Source of the DNA: Raillietiella orientalis
Lineage: Eukaryota
Length of the DNA stretch: 64,000 nt
Direction of reading: 5' to 3'
Assembly: GCA_036172245.1 (NCBI GenBank)
Contig: JAYWIR010000034.1
Location: forward strand, 124,001 to 188,000
Position numbers and translations under genes: made by a program. The notes below the pieces were generated by a model, which saw only the letters and a list, made by a program, of their open reading frames with translations, did no database searches and had not been told where the DNA came from. Positions 12,301-24,045 of the stretch are shown one piece after another; the stretch's first letter is position 1; every line of letters begins with the position of its first letter.

Positions 12301-15300
12301 TCCCACGTTGCCGTCCATCCGAGTCGCTTGGAACGTCCAGCGGGATCCCTGTCGAGGAGAAGGAAAGGAAGAGAAGGGGCAGAGCTCGTGGAGTCTCACC
12401 CTGCCAGAGGACTTTTTCTTTGACCCCGCGTGCTGTCCTCACCTGTTGGTCGTAGAGAGCCCAGAACACAGGAATAGGCAGATACAGGACGAAGAGCTTG
12501 AGGACCACCCTGACGTCGTTGATGAAGTTCAGCTCGTAGCGGTCGTCCGCGTGATACAGCCAGTGTTCTCGCTTTTCCTTCTTTCGGAGTTTGTTGCAGA
12601 GGGCATGCTGAAGAAGAGAGAGGTGTAGATTGACGCCAACAAAAGAGGAGAAACGGGAAGGAGCAGGAACTGCCATGGGAACCGTTTCGTAGAGGACTGG
12701 CAGCCGACTCGTTGAGAATGCGAATGGCGTCACTGATTTCATCTTTGTGGACTAAACAAGGCGGCGGTTTCCGGAATCGGAGAGTCGGTAGAAAAAAGCA
12801 GAGATGACCTCCGGTCGCGGTTATGGTTACCAGATGCAGCTCAGTCTCTCCCTCTCTCTCCCTCATCCTTTTCTTCCCTTCTTTGCCTTCTGGTATTCCC
12901 TTCTTCCTTATCCGGTATACCGTGGGAGTCCGAAAGCTTCACCCTATGACCACCCGAGACACTGAGGACTGATAGCGTTGCTGAGAGGGTACAGCCAAAC
13001 TAACCGATCCCTCAAAGGAAGGGAAAAGGATCAGGAGTGGGTGGCATTCCGCGAGATCTGCGACTAGAAGTCGCGCGAGAGGGCTCGGGAGCGAACGAAG
13101 GACTGGCTGGAGGAACCCCGGGGCGGCGTAGGTGAGTGGATGCCTTCCGCGCGTTCTCACCGTCACGCACTTGCAGGACTCGACGATAACGTTTCCCTTA
13201 GGAGGGTACATCTTGTAGAACGGCTTCCCAACGACGAAAAACGCTGGGTAGGGAGTTGTCTGGTGGTGGTAAGTACGGAGGCCCTACCTGTGGCCACTAT
13301 GAACAGAGCTGCGGGCACCCCGAAAGCTGCCGGGAAACACGAGTTCTGGCCGAAACAGGTCATGTCCTCTCTAAGTATGGGCGTCAGGATGGTGGACACG
13401 AGGCTGCCGGAGTTGATGGCCAAGTAGAAGAAGGAAAAGAACTTCTGCAGCTCTTCGTCCTGCTCTGGTCTCTGGAATTGATCCCCGCCGAAAGCAGCCA
13501 CACAAGGCTTGATCCCTCCTGTTCCTACAGCGATGAAGGCCAAGCCGACCATCGTGAACGGTCTGTCAGAAAGGAAGTTTTTTTTTTTTTTTTCGGGCGG
13601 GTGTGAGTGAGGGGGAGAGTAATGGGGGAAGGGGAGGGAGGACAGGGGCGATTACAGCAGATCGCAGGAGGGGGTAAAGGGGGGGGGATGGGCGTTCGCC
13701 CTTCTTGCTCACATGGTCGGCAGTCCCAGGATGGTGGCTGATGCCAAGGAGATGACGATGTTCCCCACGGCGTAGACGAGTGACAGGTAAAAGACGGTCC
13801 TGGAAGCAGAAATGGTGGGTAGGAGACGCCTCGTTGAGAGGTGGATGGAGAAGGGAGGGGATCAGGATCGGGGAAGACAGACGGGGAGAAGAATCGGAGA
13901 GAGGAAAAGGAGAAAAGGGGTGGGTGGAACAGAGGGAGCGTGCGCGTGTGGGAAAGAAAGGGTGGGAAGGGGACGGATGGAGACTGTACTTGTATTTTCC
14001 CAGGAAGGAGTCCGCCAGGATGGACCCCAGGAAGGGAGTGAAGTAGCATGACATTATGAAGATGTGGTAAATCACGGTCGACGTGTTCTCGTCGTACAGG
14101 AGCACGTTGGCTAAGTACAGCGGCAGGATGGCTACGGAAGAGACGACGGCTTGGAAGAAGATGCAGGTTGTCGCGTCTGCGCATCTCCCTCTCGCTCCCA
14201 CAAACCTCGCAGAGCTCTGAATCGCGCGCCTTCACTTCATCCCACCCCTTTTCACCCGACTGTAGGGAGGGGGGGATGTGACCCGTGACTTTCCGATGGA
14301 TTTGCTTCACCACGAGCGAATTTTGATGGGATTCAGAGACCTCCAATTTTTTCCCTTAGCAAGGGGCATCAACTTCCTCCGGTGCATCCGGTCGAGGATG
14401 TCACTCCACAACCCTCGAACTTCCAGCAGAAGCCCGAAAGACCCGCAAATTGCCTCCCAGGCCCCTTCGGCAGGGACTTCTATTTTTACCGGCTCGAGAC
14501 CCTTCGAGGGAGTCCCTCTCTCGTCCTTCTATCGGCACATCCCCTCTTCCTTAGCACAACACCTGCCTTCTCAGCTGACCATTCTCTAACGGGGGCAGGA
14601 GTCCACCACGTTCCAGCTGCCTCCGTCGGTCTTCCTTCATTTCTCCCCTCCTATCAACCCACTTAGAGGCCTTTACTGGGCAGCTGCGACACCCTCCACC
14701 CACTGTCCTTTCCTCCTAGAATACCAAGAGTTCCCAATTCCCCTCTTTGCGGTTTCAATAGCGGCTTGAAGACCGCTTGATGGTTCCGTAGACCTGCGTG
14801 AGTCACGACGCCATCAGGCTACACAGGCAACTCGTCACGCTCTTCCGCCCACGAAGACATGGAAAGGAAATCGCATTGAATCCCCCGGCGAACCTGTCAG
14901 GAGGAACATCCTGGAGTGGGGAGCGTGGACGAAAGAATCGCAGAGGCTGCTTTTGTTTTCTCCCCCCAGCGGGGGAAGAAAACAAAAACACCACGCGCGC
15001 ATGCTCGATTGAGAGCCACACATCCCGAGCCTTCCCGGAAGGTGGGCGCAGGGAGGGTCCGCACCTGAGAGCCCTGTGAGTGGCGGAACGGAAGGTAAGG
15101 GGGAAGCGTCCGATGTCTCTTCTTTCGCCGCGTGGGAAGGGAACAGAGTGGCCATGATGATCTACTCAGGGAGGAAGGGGGAAAACGATGTGGAAGTGAA
15201 GTTTCCAGGTCCTACTACTTCTACTGGAAGTGGCTGCTGCTGAGAAAGGACGGGAAGGAGTTCCCTTCCGGCGTCATTCAGCAAACAGCGTTCCTGGAAA

Positions 15301-17217
15301 GAGTTTGGGTTCCTAGTATGAGTGACTTTCTCCTCTGGACGTGCTTCCTCTTCCACCATTGAGACGTTTAGGCGGTTTGCATCGAATCCTCTGGGAGCCT
15401 CTGCCTGTCGTGGGTTCTCCGAATCGATCCAAGCTCTGGAGAAGATGCTTCCACGGAAATCACGTCCTCTCCTTCGAACGAGATCAGTGACACCTCCATC
15501 GGGAACCTCAACGGGAAAGAAGTCGTCTCTCTCCTTTTTCTCTTATTTGGAACGTTCTTCAACGATCAGACCGTCAGTCGCCTCCCGCCACTGCTTCTGC
15601 GCATACTCCAGACACGCCGTTCTCCGAGCGGCGTTCCAGCGCTTCTGCTGTGGTCAAGAAGGGAGGGGTGAGGGAAACTGGTAGATTCCTAGAGGAAGCT
15701 CTGGGCAGTCTGCCTTGAGAAGCAAACGATGGACAACCATGTGGAGACCCTCGGAACCTTCGCTTCGTTTCTCAAAACCAAAGATTTTAGGGACCCTCCG
15801 ACTCAGGAGAGGATCTCTGCTGATCTCAGCATTCTTCCTCCGATGCGAAAGGAGTGAAGTTCGAAAAGTAGTAGAGGAAGAGGACGATAGCAGAAGGATG
15901 ATACTGAGTCCTTACAGAAGGCTCCGGGACTACCAAGATGAGGGGGAGGAAGTGGCGGACTCAGATCGCCGGTCAGCCCATTGCGTCTCGCCCGAGGCAA
16001 GCTGGAGAGACGAGAGGAGGGAGGCGGTACGCTGAGTGGATCAGGGGAAGGGAGGGGGGAGATCGATCTTCCGAAGGAAGCGACGGATTCCGGAGCAGGG
16101 AACTCCTTTTCTAGACACGCTCTCCCGAGGATCTGGAGGGTTCTTTCCTTCTTTCTCTCCCGACGCTGGCGAAAAGACGAAGGGACAGGATCGGCAGGCA
16201 AAGAGAAAATGAGTGAAACGAGTGGACGTCCGAGGAAAAAGCAGGGCCCTGGGTGTGTCCTGTCCAGAAGGGAGGAAGGATCTCCCCTGCGAGGGGGCCC
16301 GACGGCCTTTCTTTACGGATCCAGCGGTCTGCAGGCCCGGCGTGCGATAAGGCATCTCAGCATCCGAAGGAGAAGTGGAAGGTCGGAGAGTCGCGTCTCG
16401 GCATGACAAATTGGCTGGAGGAAGAGGAGAAAGCGCCTCGCGCTGCCTCCTTTGGGAATTTCTTCGTTGCCCCAGGAAACCCGCCTCAACTCGGAGATCG
16501 AATCCCTTGTTGTCGATGTGCCCTTCCTTTCATGTGCACGAAACCGGCTTTCCTCTCGTTCCCTCTGAAGGAAGAAAGAAGGTCCTGCCTCTGCTCCAGC
16601 AGCTGGCTCCCTTTTCTCCTCTCTCACCTCCAAGGGCTCTCCTTCCTTCCTAGAAACTCGTGGATTCGGGAAAGCGGCGAACGCATGATTAGAAGTCCGT
16701 GCTCCGGACTTCTCCTCCATCGTCGCTACAGCCGCCGTTTCTACCGGGAAGTTATTCCCTCCCTTTCTTGGATTCGTCCCTGACCCCCACCTCCCCTGAA
16801 GTTTTCACTCTCCCCTGGGAGAACCAACTCTAGTTACCCCTCATGAGCCCGTCTCGATCCCAGAGAGGCTTTCCCCACGCACCTCCTCTCTGCCCTTCCC
16901 CTCTCTGTCGATGGCACGTGAATATCCCACCATCACCACCATCCCCTTTCCACAAAACACCCTCTACCCCTTCCCTTCTTACTTCTCATCCCGTAAAAGG
17001 AGAATCTCTCGCAGAATTCCGATCCGACGATTAGGAATACGGACTTCGGGAAGAGCAGGTTCTTCCTTATGTGTGCCTCCTTCTCGGGGAGCTGGAAGGA
17101 AGGAGTGGTCTCGCAGTTCCCCGCTTCCCGTTGCCTTCCAAAACTCACAACTGCTCCTACTCCGTTCACCTTTCTTGCGTCCGTGCCAGGCACACCGTTC
17201 TCAGAGCCGCGCTGCAT
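349..17217 (-). CDS. SLC15A1: Proton-coupled oligopeptide transporter, PepT1/SLC15A1-like (POT/PTR2 family), 14 exons, 783 aa
   Basis: Exons 17217-16983, 14131-13990, 13799-13713, 13562-13288, 13243-13161, 12607-12443, 12348-12097, 10813-10565, 8704-8601, 6045-5911, 5851-5734, 5367-5239, 2408-2301, 618-349. All introns are GT-AG and phases are consistent (2352 nt). Motifs: [96 protein letters not shown]; large extracellular loop typical of animal PepT1/2. The start ATG (17217) is the least certain point. Confidence 0.95.
4473..4630. repeat. Dispersed repeat in a PepT1 intron, copy 1 (probable retroelement fragment)
   Basis: cacgtgatgaggttatggcagctcacagct...gagcttgctccgcct...cttcaacttc is closely similar to 6325-6465. 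Minus frame reads ERRYRIEE in both copies. Confidence 0.75.
6325..6465. repeat. Dispersed repeat in a PepT1 intron, copy 2
   Basis: Same orientation and similar sequence to 4473-4630, with a short internal deletion. Confidence 0.75.
10140..10400. repeat. Degenerate trinucleotide (ATC/ACT/GAT-type) low-complexity tract in a PepT1 intron
   Basis: Period-3 pattern such as catcactacagccattgctatcgttact...actatcatcaccata; explains the I/T/A/V/M-rich ORFs on both strands. Confidence 0.6.
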
Positions 17218-18100
17218 CGCTCCTGCTCTGGTCACTCAAGGAAGGGCAAGTGAGAAAAGGGACGGGTAGCAAGAAGGGGAGAGATGGATAAAACAGTCGG
17301 AGGCGTCAGGGCAGGTAGGGGGGAAAGCCAGAAAAAAGGAGGGGGGGAGGGAGAGGAGGAGAGGAGACAGGAGGAAAAGAAAGGGGAGGAGAAGGCGAGA
17401 TAAGTTAAGCCGTGCCAGAGGGCTTGTGGATCAAGGAGAAACCGCGGCGGACGAGGAGAGGCCGAGAGCTGTGAACAGCGGCGTCCATCAGCGTGTAGGC
17501 CTATATGGGGCCAGCCGTTATCAGCGGAGACCGGGATAAGATACGTGGGAGATAACGGGAAGAGGATGATGAAGTGGAGGAGAATGAGAAAGCGCGCGTG
17601 CCTCCATTTCCTCCTCTTCGTCTGCTTTCCACTCCCCCTGCCTCCTCCTGGCTGTTTCCATGGTTCCGGGTTTATCCTCCTGTCTCCTCCTCCTCCTCCC
17701 TCCCCGACATTCACTCGACCGAGTGAGACTCTGTATCTCTCCTCCATCATCGCGAGGTCCAGCAGGAAACAAGAGAGATGAGAAAAACGACCTTGTGAGC
17801 AAAATAGAGGGCCAAATGTGTGCGAGCCTGCGCAGACTTCCTTCTGAAGACCACCGGAAGCGTCAACCGGAAGTCGGAAAGAACGAAAGGGAGAGGAGAA
17901 ATGGTAGTAGAAGCGGGAAGAAGGAGAGTTACGACCAGGTCGATCCAGTGTTCTTATTGTCATTTCCATGAAGATGCAGTGAGAAAGAAAGTGAGCTTTT
18001 TCCTGGAACACACGAAAGCAGGAAGTGCACGTGCAGTCTCTCTCGAGGAAGGGAAGAGGGGCTGGAATGGATGCACACGAGCGAAGGGACAGCCGGAACA

Positions 18101-18110
18101 TTTTTATATA
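18101..18110 (-). promoter_or_regulatory. Candidate TATA box for the PepT1-like gene
   Basis: Minus strand reads TATATAAAAA, an isolated AT-rich motif in GC-rich DNA about 0.9 kb upstream of the inferred ATG. No transcript evidence. Confidence 0.35.
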
Positions 18111-18897
18111 AGTAATGCTGAGAGGGGAGCGGTGTCATCCCAGCGCGAACGTCCCAAGAGCCCTTTCACTCATGGGACGTTCCATTGCGAGGTCTACATC
18201 TTCCGTGTCTGTTGCCGCCAGGCGGAGTAACTTGCTGGTCTGACTCGCCCTGGAAGTCGCGAGCATTATGGCTGCCTTTCCATCCAAGTTTTCCTACATC
18301 AAACCTGCTACCAAGATGCCGAAGAGGGGGTACAAACAGAAGAGGACGATGCAAAAGCAGCAGGTGCTTCGAATCCTGTAAAGTCTGTGACTACCCGAGG
18401 TCCACAGCTCTTGGGGCTATCCCGGGATTATTCTCACGTTCATGCTTTCTGAATTACCGAGTCCGCATTTCGGCAACCAAGATGAAAACAAGGAAATCAG
18501 CTGGTAGTACAGGATTTTTCTGTTCGTTCGTGTCTCGGGGAGACATATGGCCGAGGAGCGTTTGAAAAGATGGAATTGATCCTGTTGCCTTTCAGAGAAA
18601 CTCGAAGGGGAACAGGATCTACTCGCACACCGTAAGACGCGAAAAGAGATGACGAAAGAGGCAAAGGTTATCCTGGTAGGTGGCGCAAGCTATTGCCAAG
18701 AGCTTCCACTAAGAGCGCGGCAAAGACAAACGATGTTTCTTTCTAGAAGAGTGGGGAGCGTGATGGAAAGAAGCTGGTGTCTCTCTAAAGGAAGTTCCTC
18801 CTCTTAGGCAGCAGCTCTTTCGGACGCTTTTGTTCAAGACTCCTGGCGATTCCCCGAGTCCATCAGCAAAACCAGAATGTCGATGTCTCTCAGTGGA

Positions 18898-18931
18898 CTT
18901 CCTGTGGGACCCTCGAGGGTCCCACAGGAAG
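18898..18931. repeat. Perfect 34-bp palindrome
   Basis: cttcctgtgggaccctc|gagggtcccacaggaag; the two arms are exact reverse complements with no spacer. Confidence 0.95.
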
Positions 18932-19269
18932 ACTCCGCGGAAATCAAGTCCCCCATGCTTTGTGCAGCTAGCAAACAGGAGTCTCTGAGTCAGACATCCC
19001 AAAATCGAGAAACCATGGGGAATTGGTGGACAGCCCTAGCAAGGAGGCACTCGTGGACGCGGCATATGGATGTAGAGCTGGGCACAGAAGCAACTCCTCA
19101 TGACAACAAGTGCATTCGGTGTCATCATAGCATCCTAAATGGAGGTTTTCTTTTTAACACCAACACTTGATAATTTGATTTTGCGGTTTATCGTACCGTA
19201 TCCGCGCAAATCTTTAAAAGGGTTCTGAAGGAAGAGACCATGGAAACCTCAAAAATCCTCATCGGCTAA

Positions 19270-22200
19270 GATGACTCATGACTACAGGGGAAAAAATGAA
19301 ATTCTACAGAAACATCCAGCAGTACGTTTACGCAACTAAATTGTAAGGGATTCCCCTGCATAGAAAATGGCACCAATGACGACAAAAAGGTATGCGTTCC
19401 CATAGTCACAGAAAATAGAGGGAGAACATGACACTGGGAGGAATAGTTGCAAAGGTTGCCCAAGAAGTCAGAAAATATGAAGCGAGGTTACTAGAGACCG
19501 TCCAATGGTATTGCTTTCCTTCTTGCATTCTTTGCTCGGAATGCATTACCGCTTCAGCAAATTCTTTGTAGGGGTTGCTTGATTTCGAAATAGACCTCTC
19601 TTTGCTAAATCTGTGATGGTGGGTAGGTGAGTAGTTCAGCAGTGACGGAGTTAGATAAGAAGAAGAGATCCACATGCAGACGATGAGCAAACATGAGGAG
19701 AAAGAAATGCTTGGTCTCAGCGTGATGTAATATCACAGATCTTGGAAAGAAAGACTGCATATAGTGCAGACGGATACAGGGAACTGCATATGATTTACAG
19801 ATAAGCCGTTTTTCCCTAACTTTGTTAAATAAAGAATGATTGGACAAGGAAAAAATTCAAGCAAGATTCTTTAATCTTGCTGTTTGCAGACTCTATGGAA
19901 GCAACATTTGGACTGGGATTTCAAGAAGAAACTCATTCTCTTCCGTTTTGTCCGTAAGGTCTTCTGTGTGCTGGTATTTCCGGTTTGGATCTTTACGCTT
20001 CACTCATACGAAAAAGTGAGGAAAAGAGCATGCCGAATCCTGTTCAGAATAAGAGGTACAAACAGGGCATGGCTACTTGCTTTCAGTCTTCTCCTGCTGA
20101 TGCTTTCATTGACTTTCGAGTCTCAGCGTTGAGAGCCTTGCTTCACCTTCCTCACGGTCGGCTAGATAGCACTAACCAGTCATCAAATGAGTCCAAGTGC
20201 TCTCCCAACTTTCATCAACATCACTACGGCCTGATCCTAGTGAAAACCACAAAAGGAAAAGCAGGTTCCGTCGTTAGGTTTCCAAATGTTTCCTTTAGAG
20301 GGCCCATCTTTAAGGCCAGGATTCGCTCGACAGAGGAATTTCGTGTTTCTATAGTGTGCAATCTGCCATTTCCGGTGACATTATCGTGTTGGAGTAAAAA
20401 TGGATAGAGAAAAGATATGGAATTTAAACAGAAAAAAGCCCATAACATTCCTTTAAATACATGAATCACTTACCTGAGGGAAAGGTTTAGCACTATTTTA
20501 TGCGTTTCCGATTAGCATCCTGGTTTTGTCAACGTCGAATTCAGGCATCTGCATTATCTGGTATCATCAATTACACCACTTGAAATGCATCAACATGAAG
20601 ACTGACTTCAGTCCTTCAGCTTTCTCGGTTACTAATCAATCACGAAAGGGAGCAAAATTTGAGGTGAGAACTTCTACTCCATTCTTTATGCAACGGTGCA
20701 AATTTCAAATTTTATTTAGCGAATTCGTAATAGCGATGTTGCTGTCAAGATTTTAGTTATTTTTCCCGATGTACGTGAACTATTTTTGTGATCATCATCA
20801 GAATTCCACCTAAAGAAGAGCTATCACGAAACCATACATCCAGGTCCCATCTAGCACTATTTTATGCGTTTCCGATTAGCATCCTGGTTTTGTCAACGTC
20901 GAATTCAGGCATCTGCATTATCTGGTATCATCAATTACACCACTTGAAATGCATCAACATGAAGACTGACTTCACTTCAGGAACGTCCTTTTTTCGCTCA
21001 CGATGCGAGAAGCAGTGAGGGAGCTACATGTCACTTCCGGATGCTACCATCTCTGCAATACAAATCTTTCCCTCCACAATGGGAACCAAAGACCGAAGAA
21101 AGTTTTTGTTTATTTTCCATACTAGCCAGAGTGCAGGCAAGAAACCTTTCCTTCGCATTTTCGAAATACCCTTCCTTCACTCTTCTGTCTCTTATAGAGC
21201 TCTTTAAACAGTAAGAGTATTTTGGAGAACAAATGAAAATACTTGATTCATCATCTTTAACTACTGAAGGAAACGAAACTGCTGAGTTGTGGTTGAGCGC
21301 ATACCTTCCTGTGTCTTTACTTACCGTTATTACTACTGATGAAATGTACTCGTGAGTACTGTTGTTTCTCATAAGCTCACTTCAGTAAAGAACGATCTTT
21401 TCCAAAACTCTTCTTTCAGTCAGATTCTCTCAATCTCTTTGACTCGGCATTCTCGTAGTAATTCCGTGCGATCTCTTCGCTGAGTTTCCGCATGATTAAT
21501 AAAATTTAATTGCTCATCCACTTCATGATCTTTTTGGCGTCAAAAACGTTAGAAGATATTAGATTTTTGTTGGACAGAGGAGAGGAGGGTTCTTATTATC
21601 AGAACTGCACTATACTTATTCTTCACCAATATTCTTTAAAAAAATATGAATCACGGACCTCATTTGGACCCATGGATCTTTTGATTTCTTCCAGCTCTTT
21701 CTTATTATCGCTTTTTCCATCATTTTCATTCGCATTATTTATTTCTTGCTTGAAGTATGCCGAAGATCTGCATCCTCACGTTCTTATCTCTACAGATCTT
21801 TTCCCCATAAGAAACTTCGACAAGTTATCTGATAAGGATGAACTGATAATTGTGGTTTTTCTTTTATAGTAATGGATGAAAAATCTCTATAATTAAGATA
21901 ATTTTCTGTCAATGAACTGGCAATGCAGTTAGTGATTCCATCGCAAAATCCAGAATATTTGCTAGCAGCACCTGTTGCTCCATGAACTTCTGTAGACTGT
22001 TGACTCGGATTCCCCATGATAAACTTTTACCTATCAGTTTCACCGAAGTAACGTGACGCAAGATTGGTGGTGAAATTTCTATTCCGCCACAACTCCTGTA
22101 TCAAGAAAGCTGCTCCCTTTATTTTTCGGAGATTTTCATTCGTTTCGCTGTGAAACGCATTATCTGGGAACTCCTACGATGCGGGCGTGCACCCAGAAGG

Positions 22201-22460
22201 GAGCGTCTTCCTCCACTATTAGCAAAACTGTCGCGCATGCTTTCGGTTTTTCGCTCTCGAACGCTTTTTCGGTTTCCCCAAACATGTGAATAATGTCTTC
22301 CCTGAATTTCTTCTAAATAATCTTCCTTTTGTCTGAATTTCTCTGCTATTGGAAAGAAACACAAAAAGGTTGCCAGCTGAAGACATCTTCGTCCGAACGA
22401 TGACCATGCCATTACAGTTTGAACACTTACACTGATGAACTCATCCACCACGATGATGGA
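19270..22460 (-). pseudogene. Decayed coding relic, possibly an endogenous viral element (orthomyxo-like PA/PB2?)
   Basis: Series of collinear minus-strand ORF fragments interrupted by stops and frameshifts; weak motif resemblance only (see findings). Confidence 0.2.
20488..20974. repeat. Pair of identical 123-bp direct repeats (20488-20610 and 20852-20974)
   Basis: tagcactattttatgcg...gaagactgacttca occurs twice, 241 bp apart; also visible as the duplicated peptide STSNSGICIIWYHQLHHLKCINMKTDF in the ORF track. Confidence 0.95.
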
Positions 22461-24045
22461 TGCTCCTATTCTGTACCAGTGATGTGTCTGGATATTGAAT
22501 TAGGAATGTACTTGCACGAATCGTAAACAGCATTAGAAAGAAAGGCAACCATGCTTTGACACATCAGAGGTGAGATTTACCAAATTAGTGTGCTGGGGAA
22601 AGATATGCGAAATGAAAACGAAATTCTCAGAAATTGAACGGAAAAAAAAAGAAAAAAAAAAAGAAAAAGAAAAAGAGGGCACTTCTCCGTGCTATGCGTA
22701 GAAACTTGGTAGAAATGTAGGCATGAAGTACCGTGGAATGTGGGCAAAAAACCAATGTAGGAGTTTTAGTAGGAAAGACGTAGGACTCGTACCAGAGCTT
22801 TGCACTTCTCTCTCTTGGGGTTCACAAAATTTATGTACTTTTCGTGATTTTTCAGATAACCCGACAGAACAAGTTTCGTTATGAATTTTTAATCCTTGCA
22901 CTCGCAGATTTTCTTGTTATCTGGTGTCGCCAGAAGAGCCCCTTGCGATTAAGAGCAAGGTCACAATGCTATGAAATACAATGAGCATTCATGATGAATT
23001 ACTGATCTAAAATTCAACTTTCACTCTTGCCTTGCGTACTATTAGTGCTAAGGAGTATTCAAAACAAATACGAGCGTTTGCGTGACACTTGTTCTGAATT
23101 GGTCCTTAGGACTGTGCTTCCTGATTACTAAAGGGATTAAAATGAAATGCACTTATGCTTTGACGTAATCACCTAGTGCTCCAGTTTACCTTTTAGTCAT
23201 AAAAATCCATTCTGACCTTCTGCGGTCGAGGATAACCAAAATTAACATGTACTGCGTCGAAATGACGAATGGAACATGCAAACAAAGAACTTTCACGCAC
23301 ATCTTCCACTGGAAAACGACCATCCTCTTGAAAATCCTCAGCGTTAGGCACTTCAAAAACATCCTTTTATTTGTGACCCTTCCTGCACTACACATTATAA
23401 AAGGCTCACACACTGATGCGGAGTACCTCCTGGAGATGCCCTAACTTCGTAATAAATTAAATAGCAAAACTTATTTAATGCCTTTGCTTTCCAATTAGGC
23501 CATTTACAATTCCGTACGGTATTATGATTCTCCTTTTCACTGATCGGAAACACGAAATTTTCAGCAACTAAGAGTTACTGCATCGTCCTGTTTCCAGCGT
23601 GCCCTTGCACCACTGGGTTCTCAATTACGACAAATAATACGTAAGCTTACTCAATCTCTGTCTAAGAAGTAAATCAATGCAATTACAAGCTTGCAACGAA
23701 ATCACATGTAATGTCTCCAGTTCCGACATTCTCCAGATATTTGAAATCTATGATAACGATAAGCATGGAGATGCCTCACGAGAAGTATACCGTGATTTAC
23801 TGTTTGTTCCTTGCCCACAGAAATTCCAGTTCTCCGATCTACACATCCAAACAAATCACCATTATTAATTATAACAGCGCTATTAAAGATCCAGCATCAC
23901 TTAGCCCTTCACCATTTTTGGAATGATCAGACTGAACCTTTGGTGCAGAATAAGCACAGATTTAATGGATCGCATCTTTGTTGTTCGGATTGCGAATGTT
24001 CGCACACAAACCACTGATGACAAACATATTGCAATTACACAACCG

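Noticed and set aside
20488..20974. TRIM/mini-LTR or CRISPR interpretation of the 123-bp repeats
   Set aside because: No TG...CA termini, primer-binding site or target-site duplication seen; only two long copies in eukaryotic DNA.
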